64,000 bases of DNA, taken from contig OZ244057.1 in assembly GCA_965215515.1 (NCBI GenBank), positions 384,001-448,000 of the forward strand, in the 5' to 3' direction. Shown piece after piece: positions 37,626-48,482 of this stretch. Position 1 is the first letter of the stretch. The number at the start of each line of letters is the position of its first letter. The notes under the pieces were generated by a model. It saw only the letters and a list, made by a program, of their open reading frames with translations. It did no database searches and was not told the origin of the DNA. Source of the stretch: Oligoflexales bacterium (GTDB lineage Bacteria > Bdellovibrionota_B > Oligoflexia > Oligoflexales > JAPPIL01). A program made the position numbers and the translations under genes.

Positions 37626-40319
37626 TCAGTTGCTTGCCGTGGCAGGACGGCGATGCTTTTTGCGTAGTAACTGAAGTTTTTCCGTCCAAATAACAAACGA
37701 ACTGGCGACGAAAGTTGAAGACAACGTTGCGATCAACACCCCTAAAGCCATTGCCATAGCAAAGTTCCAAATCTGCCCTGTGCCAAAAATCAAAATGCCA
37801 CTCAAGGCAAGCAGCGTTGTCACCGACGTGTTGATGGTGCGGGATAGAGTTTCATTGAGCGAAGTGTTGATGTTCTGTCGTAAATCACGCTTGGCATGAG
37901 TAAGTAAATTCTCCCGAATACGGTCGTAAATAACGATAGTGTCATTTACCGAATAACCGACAACGGTTAAGAAGGCTGCCACTGAAGTTAAATCAAAAGT
38001 GCGGCGGAAGAAAATATAAAAACCCAGCATAATGAAAATGTCCATTGTCATCTTGACCACCGCACCTGGTGCAAAACGCATGTCGAAACGAAACCCAATG
38101 TACAGCAAAACCCAAAAAATCGCATAGATAACCGACAACATACCTTGATTGCGTAACTCCGCACCTATTTGCGGCCCGACAAAATCCGCCTGCAATACCT
38201 CTGGTTGATGAACTTGCAAGTTACTCAGCAACGCCTCTTGGAATTCCTTGTAGTTGCGTGTCGCATCCTCTTGCCTGCTGTCGAAACGCAACAGATACTG
38301 CGTCTGCCCGCCTTCTAGTGCTTGGATCGAGACGTTGCGCAAACCACTGGTAGTAGCTGACTCCCGTATTGTGGTGGCAGACACATCGTTGGCAAAACCC
38401 AGCCGCATCTCCATTCCGCCTGCGAAATCAACACCCCAATTGACTCCGCTGATTGCTCCCGTGCCGAGCACGGATACGCCCAGCACAAGTGCGATGCCGA
38501 CAGCAAGACGGGCAGGCTTGAGAAAATTAAAAACTGTCTTCTTATCGCCCAAAACCTTGCCCGACAAAATCCAATGACGCAGCTGTGTGTCAGAATTCAT
38601 ACGGGCAACCACCGCAGCAAAAATCGCTCGTGAACAGTAGAGTGAGGTGAACATAGAGACAATCAAGCCGAGAATCAAAGTCACCGCAAAACCCTTAATC
38701 GGCCCTGAACTGTTCGTTTCAATCAATACGATTGCAGCAATCAAAGTCGTGACGTTGGCATCGACAATTGTCCAGAAGGCTTTTTGAAAACCATTACTTA
38801 CTGCATTCTTGGCATTGCGTCCTTCCCGTAACTCTTGGCGAATGCGTTCGTTAATCAAAACATTGGCATCGACCGCCATCCCCAAAGTCAGAATAAAACC
38901 CGCGATACCAGGCAATGATAACGCAAAACCAAAACTCGCCATCATCGCTAAGAGCAGAACGCCATTCAATAACAAGGCAAGGCAGGCGATCACTCCTGTG
39001 CGGCGGTAGAAGATGATCATAAATAGGAACACCAAACCCAATCCTAACAAGACACCCAGCACACCTTGATTGGCAAGCTCAGGGCCAAGACTTGCCCCGA
39101 CCTGTCGTTCCTCCATCACCTCGATCCTGGCGGGCAGTGCCCCCGACTTGAGAATAAGCGAGAGGTCGTTCGCCTCCTCCAGAATTTCATTGTAGCTGCG
39201 GCCGCTGCCAAGCGTGATGGAGGCTCGTCCCCCAGCAATTTTTTGCTGTATAACAGGGGCTGATTCAATCAAACCATCGAGCACGATGGCCATGCGTTTC
39301 TTGACATTGTTGCCTGTCACCGCGGCAAAACGCCGTCCGCCAGGGCCTGTGAAGCGCAACAGAACTTCAGGAGTGCGGTCGATGTTGTCGCCTTGCCCTA
39401 CCTGTGCATCGAGTACATCTTCGCCACCGACATCCGACTGAGGAAAAACTACCCACGAAGTAAAACGCGACTGTTTGCCACCTGCCATGACTTCACGCTG
39501 GAAAAGTAACTCACGATCATCAGGTACCGCGGGCTGCAAAAATTCACGCAGCACCTCCTGATCGTAAGAAGTGAAGGCCAACTGGCTGCCAGATTCATCG
39601 ACCAGCTCAACACCCTCAGGTAAATTGTTCTTGAGTCGATCGAAGCCTGTGAACTCATCATCGACAATCTGAAACTTCAACTGCGCCGTGCGTCCCAACA
39701 ACTCCTTTGCTTTTTCGGGATTCTTAAAACCAGGCAACTGCACCAAAATCGAGCCGTCAACACGTCGATTGATAACGGGCTCGGTCACACCCCACTTGTC
39801 GATACGGTTGCGTACCACCCGCTCGGCTTGCTCAAGGGCACTGTTCTTGATACGTTCCAGTTCGTCTTCCTCAAACTGAAAATCAAGATAATTATCGCCT
39901 CGCCCACTCTGCCTGAGACCAGGGTACTCCTTGCGCAGCTTGCCGCTGAGGTTAGCAGGCTGCTCGCCCTGCCACTCAACTCGTAGTGCCTGCCGTTGTT
40001 TGAGCGCACGCGCCGACTGCAATCCCAGCTTCTCAGCTTCGCTCCAACGCATAACCTCCGCAGCTAGTCGCCCAATCTTGTTCGCGACCGCCTCGCCTAC
40101 CGTCACCCCCAAGACCAGCTGCACCCCTCCCTGTAAGTCGAGGCCGAGCTTGACATGCTTGCGCGGCAACCACTGCGGGACACGTTTTTGAAATTCGGCA
40201 TCGTCGTTGCGAATCTCCTTCGGCAAGCTGAAATAAATAAGCGAGGGGGCGACGGCATACACGCCAAGTACAGCCAGACACGTTATGAACAACAACTTTC
40301 CCTTGAGCGCAGCAGACAT
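37626..40319 (-). CDS. secDF: Fused protein translocase SecDF
   Basis: LGLDLQGG, RNRIDKWGVTEP, VGASLG, GMAVDANVLINERI, GVDFAGG, GYSVNDTIVIYDRIRE. Confidence 0.97.
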   Translation of the reverse strand: MSAALKGKLLFITCLAVLGVYAVAPSLIYFSLPKEIRNDDAEFQKRVPQWLPRKHVKLGLDLQGGVQLVLGVTVGEAVANKIGRLAAEVMRWSEAEKLGLQSARALKQRQALRVEWQGEQPANLSGKLRKEYPGLRQSGRGDNYLDFQFEEDELERIKNSALEQAERVVRNRIDKWGVTEPVINRRVDGSILVQLPGFKNPEKAKELLGRTAQLKFQIVDDEFTGFDRLKNNLPEGVELVDESGSQLAFTSYDQEVLREFLQPAVPDDRELLFQREVMAGGKQSRFTSWVVFPQSDVGGEDVLDAQVGQGDNIDRTPEVLLRFTGPGGRRFAAVTGNNVKKRMAIVLDGLIESAPVIQQKIAGGRASITLGSGRSYNEILEEANDLSLILKSGALPARIEVMEERQVGASLGPELANQGVLGVLLGLGLVFLFMIIFYRRTGVIACLALLLNGVLLLAMMASFGFALSLPGIAGFILTLGMAVDANVLINERIRQELREGRNAKNAVSNGFQKAFWTIVDANVTTLIAAIVLIETNSSGPIKGFAVTLILGLIVSMFTSLYCSRAIFAAVVARMNSDTQLRHWILSGKVLGDKKTVFNFLKPARLAVGIALVLGVSVLGTGAISGVNWGVDFAGGMEMRLGFANDVSATTIRESATTSGLRNVSIQALEGGQTQYLLRFDSRQEDATRNYKEFQEALLSNLQVHQPEVLQADFVGPQIGAELRNQGMLSVIYAIFWVLLYIGFRFDMRFAPGAVVKMTMDIFIMLGFYIFFRRTFDLTSVAAFLTVVGYSVNDTIVIYDRIRENLLTHAKRDLRQNINTSLNETLSRTINTSVTTLLALSGILIFGTGQIWNFAMAMALGVLIATLSSTFVASSFVIWTEKLQLLRKKHRRPATASN

Positions 40320-40539
40320 CTCGACAAACCCCCGCGGTGATAGAAGCACAAACCGTGAAGCCTCCTTGTACCGCTAAGCACACAGTAGTTAAAGACAAAA
40401 GTGCCCCCAGCCCCAGAACCCCAACCCCACGATATGATCGGGATGCAAGAAGCTAAACCCTTTTTCGATACCATGGCTTGTATTCGCCCCCCCATGTATG
40501 CGAACATGCACGACACTGCGTGCTTGCAACGAGAGACGA

Positions 40540-41601
40540 ATGCCCGAGCTGATCACCGCCCGCAAAGAACAACACATCGACCTCTGCATAAACCGCGATG
40601 TCGAAGCAAGCGAGCACAACACAGGTTTCGAACAGGTATGCTTCCTCCCCCGCACCCTACCCGAGCTTGCCTGGGACGACCTCAATATCCACACCAAAAT
40701 GTGGGGTCGCACCTTCTCCGCACCCTTCATCATCAGCGGTATGACCTTCGGTATAGAACGCAGCACCACCATCAACCGTAACCTTGCCCGCTGCGCCGCA
40801 CACCACAACATCCCCCTAGGAATCGGCTCGCAACGCATCGCTCTCGAACAACCTGACCTCGTCCAAAAAAATAACCCCCGCCACCATGCCCCCGATATCT
40901 TTCTGCTCGCTAACCTCGGCATCTCACACCTACACCGCGATCTCTGCCTGCGGGCGGTGGAAATGATCGAAGCAAACGCCCTCGCTATCCACCTCAACGT
41001 CATGCAAGAGCTCATCCAACCCGAAGGTAGCCGCAACTTCCACGGTATCCTGCAAAAATTACACGATCTGACACAAAATTTTCCCGTGCCAATCATCGTC
41101 AAAGAAGTTGGTTTTGGCCTCGATGTACAAACGGCAACACACCTCCACGCAAGCGGTATCGCCGCACTGGACGTAGGCGGCAAAGGTGGTACGTCATGGA
41201 GCTGGATAGAAGGACTACGCAGCGACGATCCCGCAACATACCAATTGGCGCAAACATTCCGTAACTGGGGTATCCCTACCGCCTACAACACCGCAATGCT
41301 GCGCGTCGCCCTACCACATTGCCCCATACTAGCCACAGGCGGCATACGCGACGGCTTGATGGCTGCAAAAGCACTAGCACTCGGCGCAAATATGGTCGGC
41401 CTCGGCTTGCCCCTGCTGCAAGCAGCAACAATCAACGAAGAAGAAGTGATCAAAGTTATGGACAACTTCATCAAAGGACTGAAAATTACCATGCTAACCA
41501 CAGGCAGCAGCAACATAAACGAACTAACACCCTCACTCCACCTCACCGCACCCTACCACCACGAATTCATAAACCTCATGAAGCGGGGAAAAGGGGAATG
41601 A
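40540..41601 (+). CDS. fni: Type 2 isopentenyl-diphosphate isomerase
   Basis: RKEQHI, ISGMT, GSQR, HLNVMQELIQPEG, IVKEVGFG, GGTSW, WGIPT. Confidence 0.95.
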   Translation: MPELITARKEQHIDLCINRDVEASEHNTGFEQVCFLPRTLPELAWDDLNIHTKMWGRTFSAPFIISGMTFGIERSTTINRNLARCAAHHNIPLGIGSQRIALEQPDLVQKNNPRHHAPDIFLLANLGISHLHRDLCLRAVEMIEANALAIHLNVMQELIQPEGSRNFHGILQKLHDLTQNFPVPIIVKEVGFGLDVQTATHLHASGIAALDVGGKGGTSWSWIEGLRSDDPATYQLAQTFRNWGIPTAYNTAMLRVALPHCPILATGGIRDGLMAAKALALGANMVGLGLPLLQAATINEEEVIKVMDNFIKGLKITMLTTGSSNINELTPSLHLTAPYHHEFINLMKRGKGE

Positions 41602-41620
41602 AGGGAGAGAAGAGGAGAAA

Positions 41621-42856
41621 ATGAAACAGCGCTGGACAGCACGAGCAGGACAACAACAACGACAATTTTCCTCGCGCCTACCTGGTTTCTACCGCTTGCC
41701 ACTGCGAGAACGTACCCGCATCGCCACACATGTCGGTAACCTGTCCGAAAACGAAACAACCAGCATCGAAAACTACCACAGTATCACACGAGAACTAACC
41801 GACACCTTCGTCGAAAATGCCATCGGTACTTACAGCCTACCCCTGGGAATCGCCACCAACTTTCTCATCAACAACAGCGAATACCTGTTGCCCATGGTAG
41901 TGGAAGAGACCAGCGTGCTGGCAGCAGCTAGCCACGCGGCAAAGATGGTACGAATCGGAGGAGGATTCTACTCACAAAGCACCGAACCAATTATGACAGG
42001 ACAAATACAACTCTTCCTCAAAGAAAACTGCGATTTCGACACAGTGCTGCACACACAGCGCGCACAACTAATCGCCACGGCTAACGCACGGCAAGAACGC
42101 CTCGTCGCACGCGGCGGTGGAGTATGCGGGCTCGACTGGAGATTCATCAAACCACTCTCCACCCTCGTCGTGCTCGTACACGTCAACAGCGGGGAAGCAA
42201 TGGGGGCAAACATCGTCAACACCATCTGCGAACACCTGTCGGCGCAACTAATTAAACTACTGCCATGCGAAGTCGGCCTGCAAATCCTTACCAACCTCAC
42301 CGACCACCGCCTCGTACGTGCCACCTGCGAAATTCCCGCCTCGGCACTATCCTGCTCACGGTTTCAAGGCACAGACATCATCGACCGCCTCGTACGTGCT
42401 CACCAATTCGCCTGCCACGACCCCCACCGCGCCGCTACCAACAACAAAGGGATCATGAACGGGATCGACGCAGTAGTCATCGCTACAGGTAACGACTGGC
42501 GCGCCGTAGAAGCAGGTGCACACGCCTATGCAGCCCGCAACGGCAGCTACCAACCCCTCGCACAATGGAGCAAACTCGGCAACGAGTGCCTACACGGAAA
42601 ACTGGAACTGCCGCTGGCAGTCGGCACAGTCGGTGGTGTAACTAAACTACACCCCGCAGCACGTGCCGCCCTCAAAATTCTCGGTTCACCATCAGCACAA
42701 GAACTAGCGGAAATTATTTGCTGCGCAGGACTAGGACAAAACCTCGCCGCCCTGCGCGCGCTCAGCAGCGAAGGTATCCAACGCGGCCACATGAACCTCC
42801 ACCACAAAAACCTCCTCCACCACCGTCGCCAGCCCAACGAACTTGCCCTTTCCTAA
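41621..42856 (+). CDS. mvaA: Class II HMG-CoA reductase
   Basis: ENAIG, PMVVEETSVLAAAS, EAMGANIVNT, RAATNNKGIMNG, GNDWRA, EGIQRGHMNLH. Confidence 0.95.
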   Translation: MKQRWTARAGQQQRQFSSRLPGFYRLPLRERTRIATHVGNLSENETTSIENYHSITRELTDTFVENAIGTYSLPLGIATNFLINNSEYLLPMVVEETSVLAAASHAAKMVRIGGGFYSQSTEPIMTGQIQLFLKENCDFDTVLHTQRAQLIATANARQERLVARGGGVCGLDWRFIKPLSTLVVLVHVNSGEAMGANIVNTICEHLSAQLIKLLPCEVGLQILTNLTDHRLVRATCEIPASALSCSRFQGTDIIDRLVRAHQFACHDPHRAATNNKGIMNGIDAVVIATGNDWRAVEAGAHAYAARNGSYQPLAQWSKLGNECLHGKLELPLAVGTVGGVTKLHPAARAALKILGSPSAQELAEIICCAGLGQNLAALRALSSEGIQRGHMNLHHKNLLHHRRQPNELALS

Positions 42857-42934
42857 AGACGCACTAGCGAGGTTTTGTTTGACAACCATACGCCGTCTGT
42901 CCTACGCTGCCCCCTCTACCTCTTTGGTTGACAG

Positions 42935-44077
42935 ATGCTGTTCAGTAACCGCGATCGCCTGTTCACCCCAGGGCCAACTCCCCTGTCACACGAAGTCCAG
43001 CAACAACTCAACTACAACTGCTACCACCGCCAGCAAGACTTCACCACCCTCTTCCAAAACTGTCGGCAAAAACTCGCACACCTAGTCGGAACTGCATCAC
43101 CACCCGTGCTGCTAGCCACCTCAGGTAGCGGCGCGATGGAAGCAGCACTGGCAAGCTTGACCGCACCAGACACCCAAGTGTTAGTGCTAAACGGCGGAAA
43201 ATTCGGTGAACGCTGGCAAGAAATAGCACTGACGCACGGCTGCAAGGTTATCAGCCATACCTTCGCTTGGGGTAGTGCACCCGACTTGGAACAGCTGGAA
43301 GACCTGCTACAAAGCACGAAAACTGCCAACTGCAAAGCACTCTTCATGCAGGCTTGCGAAACCTCCACCGCAGTGTACTACCCTGTGCTCGAAATAGCCG
43401 CACTGCTGCGTAGACACCGCCCTGACTGTTTGCTGGTCGTCGATGCCATATCCAGCCTCGTTGCACACGAACTGCACATGGACAAATGGGATATCGATTG
43501 CGTGGTGGCAGCTTCTCACAAAGGGCTGGGATTGCCGCCAGGCCTCTCTTTCATCTTCCTCTCGGCACGAGCACAACACAATTTTTCGGCACGGGCACAA
43601 TTCTACCTCGATCTCAAGGCGGAACTGCGCACCCAGCAGGAAGGCCACCCCCGCTTCACCCCCGCGATCAATACCATCGCTGCACTCAACCACGTGCTCG
43701 ATCGCCTGCTTGCCACAGGCACCGCGCGGCTGCAAGAGCAGCACGCAGCCCTAGCCCGTGCCTGTCGTGCCGCGGGCACAGCACTGCAACTCGAACCCTT
43801 CGCGGGCACGCACCCTGCCAACTCGTTGACTGCCCTACGTACCCCTATCGATGCCAGCAAACTGTGTGCCGCGTTGCACAAAAACCACCGCATGCAGTTC
43901 GCCGCGGGCCAAGGCAAGATGCGGATACGACTGCTGCGCATCGCACACCTCGGCCACGTCGATGCCTTCGACCTATTGACAGCCATCAGTGCTCTGGAGT
44001 TTGCTCTGCACACCTGCCGACACGACTTTACCCTCGGCGCTGGCACGCAAGTGGCAATGCAATGCCTAGCGAGCTGA
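42935..44077 (+). CDS. Class V PLP aminotransferase (serine-pyruvate/alanine-glyoxylate type)
   Basis: LFTPGPT, SGSGAMEA, GKFGERW, ETST, VVDAISS, SHKGLGLPPGL. Confidence 0.92.
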   Translation: MLFSNRDRLFTPGPTPLSHEVQQQLNYNCYHRQQDFTTLFQNCRQKLAHLVGTASPPVLLATSGSGAMEAALASLTAPDTQVLVLNGGKFGERWQEIALTHGCKVISHTFAWGSAPDLEQLEDLLQSTKTANCKALFMQACETSTAVYYPVLEIAALLRRHRPDCLLVVDAISSLVAHELHMDKWDIDCVVAASHKGLGLPPGLSFIFLSARAQHNFSARAQFYLDLKAELRTQQEGHPRFTPAINTIAALNHVLDRLLATGTARLQEQHAALARACRAAGTALQLEPFAGTHPANSLTALRTPIDASKLCAALHKNHRMQFAAGQGKMRIRLLRIAHLGHVDAFDLLTAISALEFALHTCRHDFTLGAGTQVAMQCLAS

Positions 44078-44275
44078 ACCAGCCCTGTTCCTGTTCCGCA
44101 AATACCAGATGAGCGCTCCAATGAACAACAGCGGCGCAAGACTTAACAAGATGGTTGTCAAGACAAACGCTGTCCGTGAGGCAGGAGCGGCGTAACCACA
44201 GACACTACAGGCCAGCACCGATTCTGCGAAATACAATGCTGTTAGAAGTACACTAAACCGTATAACAATGGCCAT
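44066..44275 (-). CDS. Small membrane protein with CxxC after the signal peptide
   Basis: ..VLACSVCG.. then a TM helix; overlaps the 3' end of the oxidase subunit III gene. Confidence 0.6.
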   Translation of the reverse strand: MAIVIRFSVLLTALYFAESVLACSVCGYAAPASRTAFVLTTILLSLAPLLFIGALIWYLRNRNRAGSAR

Positions 44276-44799
44276 ATCCCCACCACAAACCACCAGAACA
44301 TCCGCAAAGCTCGCAAACTAGTGACATGCTCCCGCCGCAGATAAAAGTATGCCATCACCAAGACAGTCGCGGCGGCATGCAAGGCATGTGACCCCACAAG
44401 CAGAAAAAAACAAGCGGCAAAGATACCCGATGTCATCGTCATGCCATATGAGAGCAGCCTGACCCATTCATAGCCCTGTGCGGTAACGAAAACCAACCCT
44501 CCCACGATAGCAGCAAGAAAGAAACCTTCTCCTACTCTGCGCTTCTCTTCCCATCGTAACGTAGCAAGATGCAAAAAGTAACCGCTTAACAGCAATATCA
44601 CCGTGTTCAGACCAGTCGCTAAAACGGGCAACGTTACGTGCGCAGGGAGCACGAACGCCTCCCCTCGCCCCGCTTTGATAATCAAGAACGCACTTACCAA
44701 GGCGACGAAAAACATCAGCTCTGTGCCGATGAAAATAAGCGTGCCCAACTCCGCATCGCTCAACAACGGACGCGATCTGTAAGTAGCCGTGGTTGCCAT
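44242..44799 (-). CDS. Heme-copper oxidase subunit III-like
   Basis: FIGTELMFF, NTVILLLSG, QGYEW, FFLLVGSHALH, FWWFVVGIWP. Confidence 0.85.
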   Translation of the reverse strand: MATTATYRSRPLLSDAELGTLIFIGTELMFFVALVSAFLIIKAGRGEAFVLPAHVTLPVLATGLNTVILLLSGYFLHLATLRWEEKRRVGEGFFLAAIVGGLVFVTAQGYEWVRLLSYGMTMTSGIFAACFFLLVGSHALHAAATVLVMAYFYLRREHVTSLRALRMFWWFVVGIWPLLYGLVYF

Positions 44800-44935
44800 C
44801 GTCCTGAGCTAAAAACAACAAACCGAGCACAGCTAAACATTTTTCGCTAAATTGTCAAGCTTCCTATCCCCCCGTCAGAAGAACTCTACACCCGCGGCCA
44901 TCTACACAAGTAGCACATAAATGCAGTGGTGCGTG

Positions 44936-44964
44936 TTGACAATTTTGGGAAGCGAATGTATAAC
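44936..44964 (+). promoter_or_regulatory. Sigma70-type promoter for the 45015 gene
   Basis: TTGACA-17nt-TATAAC. Confidence 0.65.
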
Positions 44965-45014
44965 CCGCGGTAGAGCAATCGTGCTGAAAATAACATTTCG
45001 GAGGGAGAGAACCG

Positions 45015-45743
45015 ATGCGGATTTTTTCTGTGGTGGTTAGTTGTGGGCTGAGTTTGATGTGTATGGTGGGCAATGCCGAACAGGCACGGGGCGAGGTTAA
45101 CCGAGACGGTGTCTTCGAGTCGCTCGATAACATGGAAGCTGCACACGCGGGTACGCTGGCACATTTACAGCGTCACCGCGACATGCTGGGCATGATGCTA
45201 GGTGCTCTAGGAGCAGAACTGAAGACCGTGGCAGAGTGGCGCACCGAGTGGGCGAAAAGCGGAAAGACGGAGCGTATCGCACGTTACCTGAAAGGCAAAG
45301 CGGACAGCACTCGCCTGTGGTATCTGAGCCAAAACAAAGCCCATGCCGCTGAGATGGCCGCAATGGGCATGGGTGACATACGTATCGGTTACGTCGAGCA
45401 CTGGTATAAATTCCAAGAACTTGCTGACGAGTACAACGAGATTACACAAAACATCCGCAGACTGATGCGTTTGCAGTTTATCAGAGACATCAAGCATTTG
45501 CGTAAACGCCTGCGAGCACTCAACGGCGATCTCGGTGCGGTGCACGAGGATATCGTGACTCTGCGCAAACAGGTGAAAGAACAGAAAAAAATTGTGAAAC
45601 GCCTGCTCGAGAAAGTAAACACACAGAACTTCGGGTTACAACTCGTGCTCGCTTTTCTACACGGTGCACTGTATGCCTGGGGCGAAATCGACGAAGATGC
45701 CGATGACACGTCCTCCTGTGCAGACGATGACACACCTTGCTAA
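45015..45743 (+). CDS. Hypothetical secreted coiled-coil protein
   Basis: GGAG RBS, signal peptide, heptad-rich body, acidic tail. Confidence 0.6.
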   Translation: MRIFSVVVSCGLSLMCMVGNAEQARGEVNRDGVFESLDNMEAAHAGTLAHLQRHRDMLGMMLGALGAELKTVAEWRTEWAKSGKTERIARYLKGKADSTRLWYLSQNKAHAAEMAAMGMGDIRIGYVEHWYKFQELADEYNEITQNIRRLMRLQFIRDIKHLRKRLRALNGDLGAVHEDIVTLRKQVKEQKKIVKRLLEKVNTQNFGLQLVLAFLHGALYAWGEIDEDADDTSSCADDDTPC

Positions 45744-45826
45744 ACAACCTAGCTATGCGTTCGCGACTAGGGCTGCCACGCGGGCGGTTCTAGCCGCGAC
45801 ATCGCCGTTGTCGCTCAGCCAGTTTT

Positions 45827-47272
45827 TTGCTACACACCTGCCTGCCCATACATCGAGCGAGAGGCAGGGTTATCGCCATCAAACGTATCCTCATCGCTAA
45901 CCGCGGCGAAATTGCCGTGCGCATCGCACGTTCGGCACAGGAACTCGGCATCGAGACGGTTGCCGTCTACAACGCTGCCGACGCAGCCAGCGCACACCGT
46001 TTTACCAGCGACTATGCCGTGCAGTTGCACGGTGAGACGCTGGCCGAGACCTACTTGAACGCCGCCCTGCTCGTCACCGTCGCACAACGCAGCGGTTGCG
46101 ATGCCGTGCATCCTGGCTACGGGTTTCTGTCCGAGAACAGTGCCTTCGTGCAGGCCAGTGAGGAGGCAGGCCTAACCTTCATCGGCCCCCAAGCCGCCGC
46201 CGTGCGGCTACTAGGCGACAAGCTACGTGCCAAACAAACGCTCGCCGCGCACGGTATCCCCACCGTGCCTGGCGCGACACAGGCGTTACAAAACGTGGCG
46301 GAAGTCGACGCACCTCCCGATGCCTACCCGATTTTGCTCAAGGCTTCCCTCGGCGGAGGTGGTAAGGGTATTCGGGAGGTTAACAGCACCGCAGAGTTGC
46401 CCGCCGCCTTTGCGGCTTGTCAGCGCGAGGCACAGAATTATTTCGGCCACAGTGCTCTGCTGTGGGAAAAAAAATTAACCCAGCCGCGCCACATAGAGGT
46501 GCAAATTCTCGCCGACCAACATGGCAATGTCGTACACCTCTACGAACGCGACTGTTCCCTGCAACGCCGTTATCAGAAAATTTTAGAAGAGGCACCGAGC
46601 TGCTACCTCAACGCAGCGCAACGTGACCAGCTCGGTGCGTTGGCCGTGCAAGCCGCACGTGCTGTCAACTATCACGGTGTGGGCACGGTGGAATTTATCT
46701 GTGCCAGCCCCGACGAATGTTATTTTATGGAAGTAAACACCCGCATTCAAGTCGAGCACCCTGTGACCGAAATGGTGACGGGTATCGACCTTATCAAAGA
46801 GCAGATCGCCGTCGCGGCAAAGCAAGAACTACCTTTCACGCAAGCAGACATCGCGCTGCGTGGACACGCCATCGAAGTGCGCCTCAACTGCGAAGATGCG
46901 CAGCGGAACTTCGTCCCTTGCCCTGGCCTTATCACCGCACTCAGTTGGCCTGCAGGGGCGTTCGTACGGGTCGATTCGCACATCTATCGCGGGTATCGAG
47001 TACCTGCCGAGTTCGATTCCTTGCTGGCTAAAATCATCTGCCAAGGACGCGATCGCCGTGAGGCTATCGCCCGTACCTGCCGTGCCTTGCAAGAACTACA
47101 CATCGAAGGTGTGCCGACCACCGCAGCTTTTCACCGTCTGCTGTTGGAGCAAGAAGAATTTCGCACAGGTAATTTTGACACCGCTTTTCTCGAGCGCATG
47201 GCAACTCGTGATTTCGCCCCTGACCAGCATGCAGCACTGCTCGCCACCTTAAGCAGTCGAGGCACGGGATGA
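45827..47272 (+). CDS. accC: Biotin carboxylase
   Basis: ILIANRGEIAVR, HPGYGFLSEN, GGGGKG, RHIEVQ, ERDCSLQRR, EVNTRIQVEH; start uncertain. Confidence 0.95.
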   Translation: MLHTCLPIHRARGRVIAIKRILIANRGEIAVRIARSAQELGIETVAVYNAADAASAHRFTSDYAVQLHGETLAETYLNAALLVTVAQRSGCDAVHPGYGFLSENSAFVQASEEAGLTFIGPQAAAVRLLGDKLRAKQTLAAHGIPTVPGATQALQNVAEVDAPPDAYPILLKASLGGGGKGIREVNSTAELPAAFAACQREAQNYFGHSALLWEKKLTQPRHIEVQILADQHGNVVHLYERDCSLQRRYQKILEEAPSCYLNAAQRDQLGALAVQAARAVNYHGVGTVEFICASPDECYFMEVNTRIQVEHPVTEMVTGIDLIKEQIAVAAKQELPFTQADIALRGHAIEVRLNCEDAQRNFVPCPGLITALSWPAGAFVRVDSHIYRGYRVPAEFDSLLAKIICQGRDRREAIARTCRALQELHIEGVPTTAAFHRLLLEQEEFRTGNFDTAFLERMATRDFAPDQHAALLATLSSRGTG

Positions 47273-47826
47273 AGTGGCAGGTACAAATTAACGCGGACAA
47301 TACCCACCACTGCTCGCTACCCGTGCAGTTGTGTGACGGTGTGCCGTTTGTGGCGGAAGTCGATGGAAAACAAGTGCACATTGTGCAACACGGGCGACAG
47401 GTATCGTTGTTGCGCGACATCGGCAGTGGTTTAAGTTTGGAAGAACACGTGACTATACTGACACAGAAGCGCTCGCCGTTACCGCACGGGCGACAGGCAG
47501 TACAGGTGTTATACGCGACGCACACAGGTGAGGTGCATAGCTGCCATGCCTGTGTGGGACTAGCGGCCGTGGTTACACCGCCGCGGCAGGCAGATAACAT
47601 GCCACCTGCGGAAATCATCTCGCCCTTGACAGGCAAGGTTATCAAGGTTTTGGTGGCGCGGGGGACGAGGGTACGGAAGGGTGCAGCGCTGCTGATAGTG
47701 GAAGCCATGAAGATGGAAAATATCGTGCACGCGGAAGGAGAGGGGGTAGTTGCCGCTCTCAACGTCAAAGTTGGCGACGCAGTGCGTAGCGGAGACGTGC
47801 TGTTAGTGTTACGGAGGGAGAATTGA
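47269..47826 (+). CDS. Biotin carboxyl carrier protein
   Basis: SPLTGKV..EAMKMEN biotinylation motif. Confidence 0.92.
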   Translation: MKWQVQINADNTHHCSLPVQLCDGVPFVAEVDGKQVHIVQHGRQVSLLRDIGSGLSLEEHVTILTQKRSPLPHGRQAVQVLYATHTGEVHSCHACVGLAAVVTPPRQADNMPPAEIISPLTGKVIKVLVARGTRVRKGAALLIVEAMKMENIVHAEGEGVVAALNVKVGDAVRSGDVLLVLRREN

Positions 47827-48482
47827 ACGCTGATCCACAACAGGACGATGCTCGGTTGGAAAATTTTTTTGCCGCTGTTGCTGATCCGTGTGCGAACATC
47901 TGTGCAGCGGAGAAACAAGCGGCCTTGCGATTGTTGCAAAAAAAAGTCGCGGTTTGCACTCACTGCGATGAATTAGCTCGTCAGCGGCACAAGACAGTGT
48001 TCGGTGTCGGTCATCCTGCGCCAGAGATATGCTTCGTCGGCGAAGCCCCTGGCGCTGATGAAGACCACCAAGGCGAACCGTTCGTCGGCCGTGCGGGGCA
48101 GCTGCTAACCCGCATTCTGCAAGCCTGCCACTGGACACGAGAGGATGTTTACATCACTAATATTTTGAAGTGCCGTCCCCCTGGCAACCGCAACCCCCAG
48201 CCCGCTGAGGTCGCTAACTGTGTGCCTTACTTGCGCAAACAGCTGCGTATTATCCAGCCGCGGGTTATCTGTGCCCTAGGTGGTGTTGCCGCCCAAACTT
48301 TGTTGCACAGCGCAGAGAGCATCGGCAAATTGCGTGGTCGCTGGCATCGTTGGCAAGGTTTGCCGTTGCTTTGCACCTATCACCCCGCCTACCTGTTGCG
48401 TAATCCCTCGCAGAAGCGTGCTGTATGGGAAGACATGCAGGTACTGATGCGTTTCGTGAAAGGTGAAGCAAAGGCGACTTGA
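47823..48482 (+). CDS. Uracil-DNA glycosylase family 4
   Basis: [41 protein letters not shown]. Confidence 0.95.
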   Translation: MNADPQQDDARLENFFAAVADPCANICAAEKQAALRLLQKKVAVCTHCDELARQRHKTVFGVGHPAPEICFVGEAPGADEDHQGEPFVGRAGQLLTRILQACHWTREDVYITNILKCRPPGNRNPQPAEVANCVPYLRKQLRIIQPRVICALGGVAAQTLLHSAESIGKLRGRWHRWQGLPLLCTYHPAYLLRNPSQKRAVWEDMQVLMRFVKGEAKAT

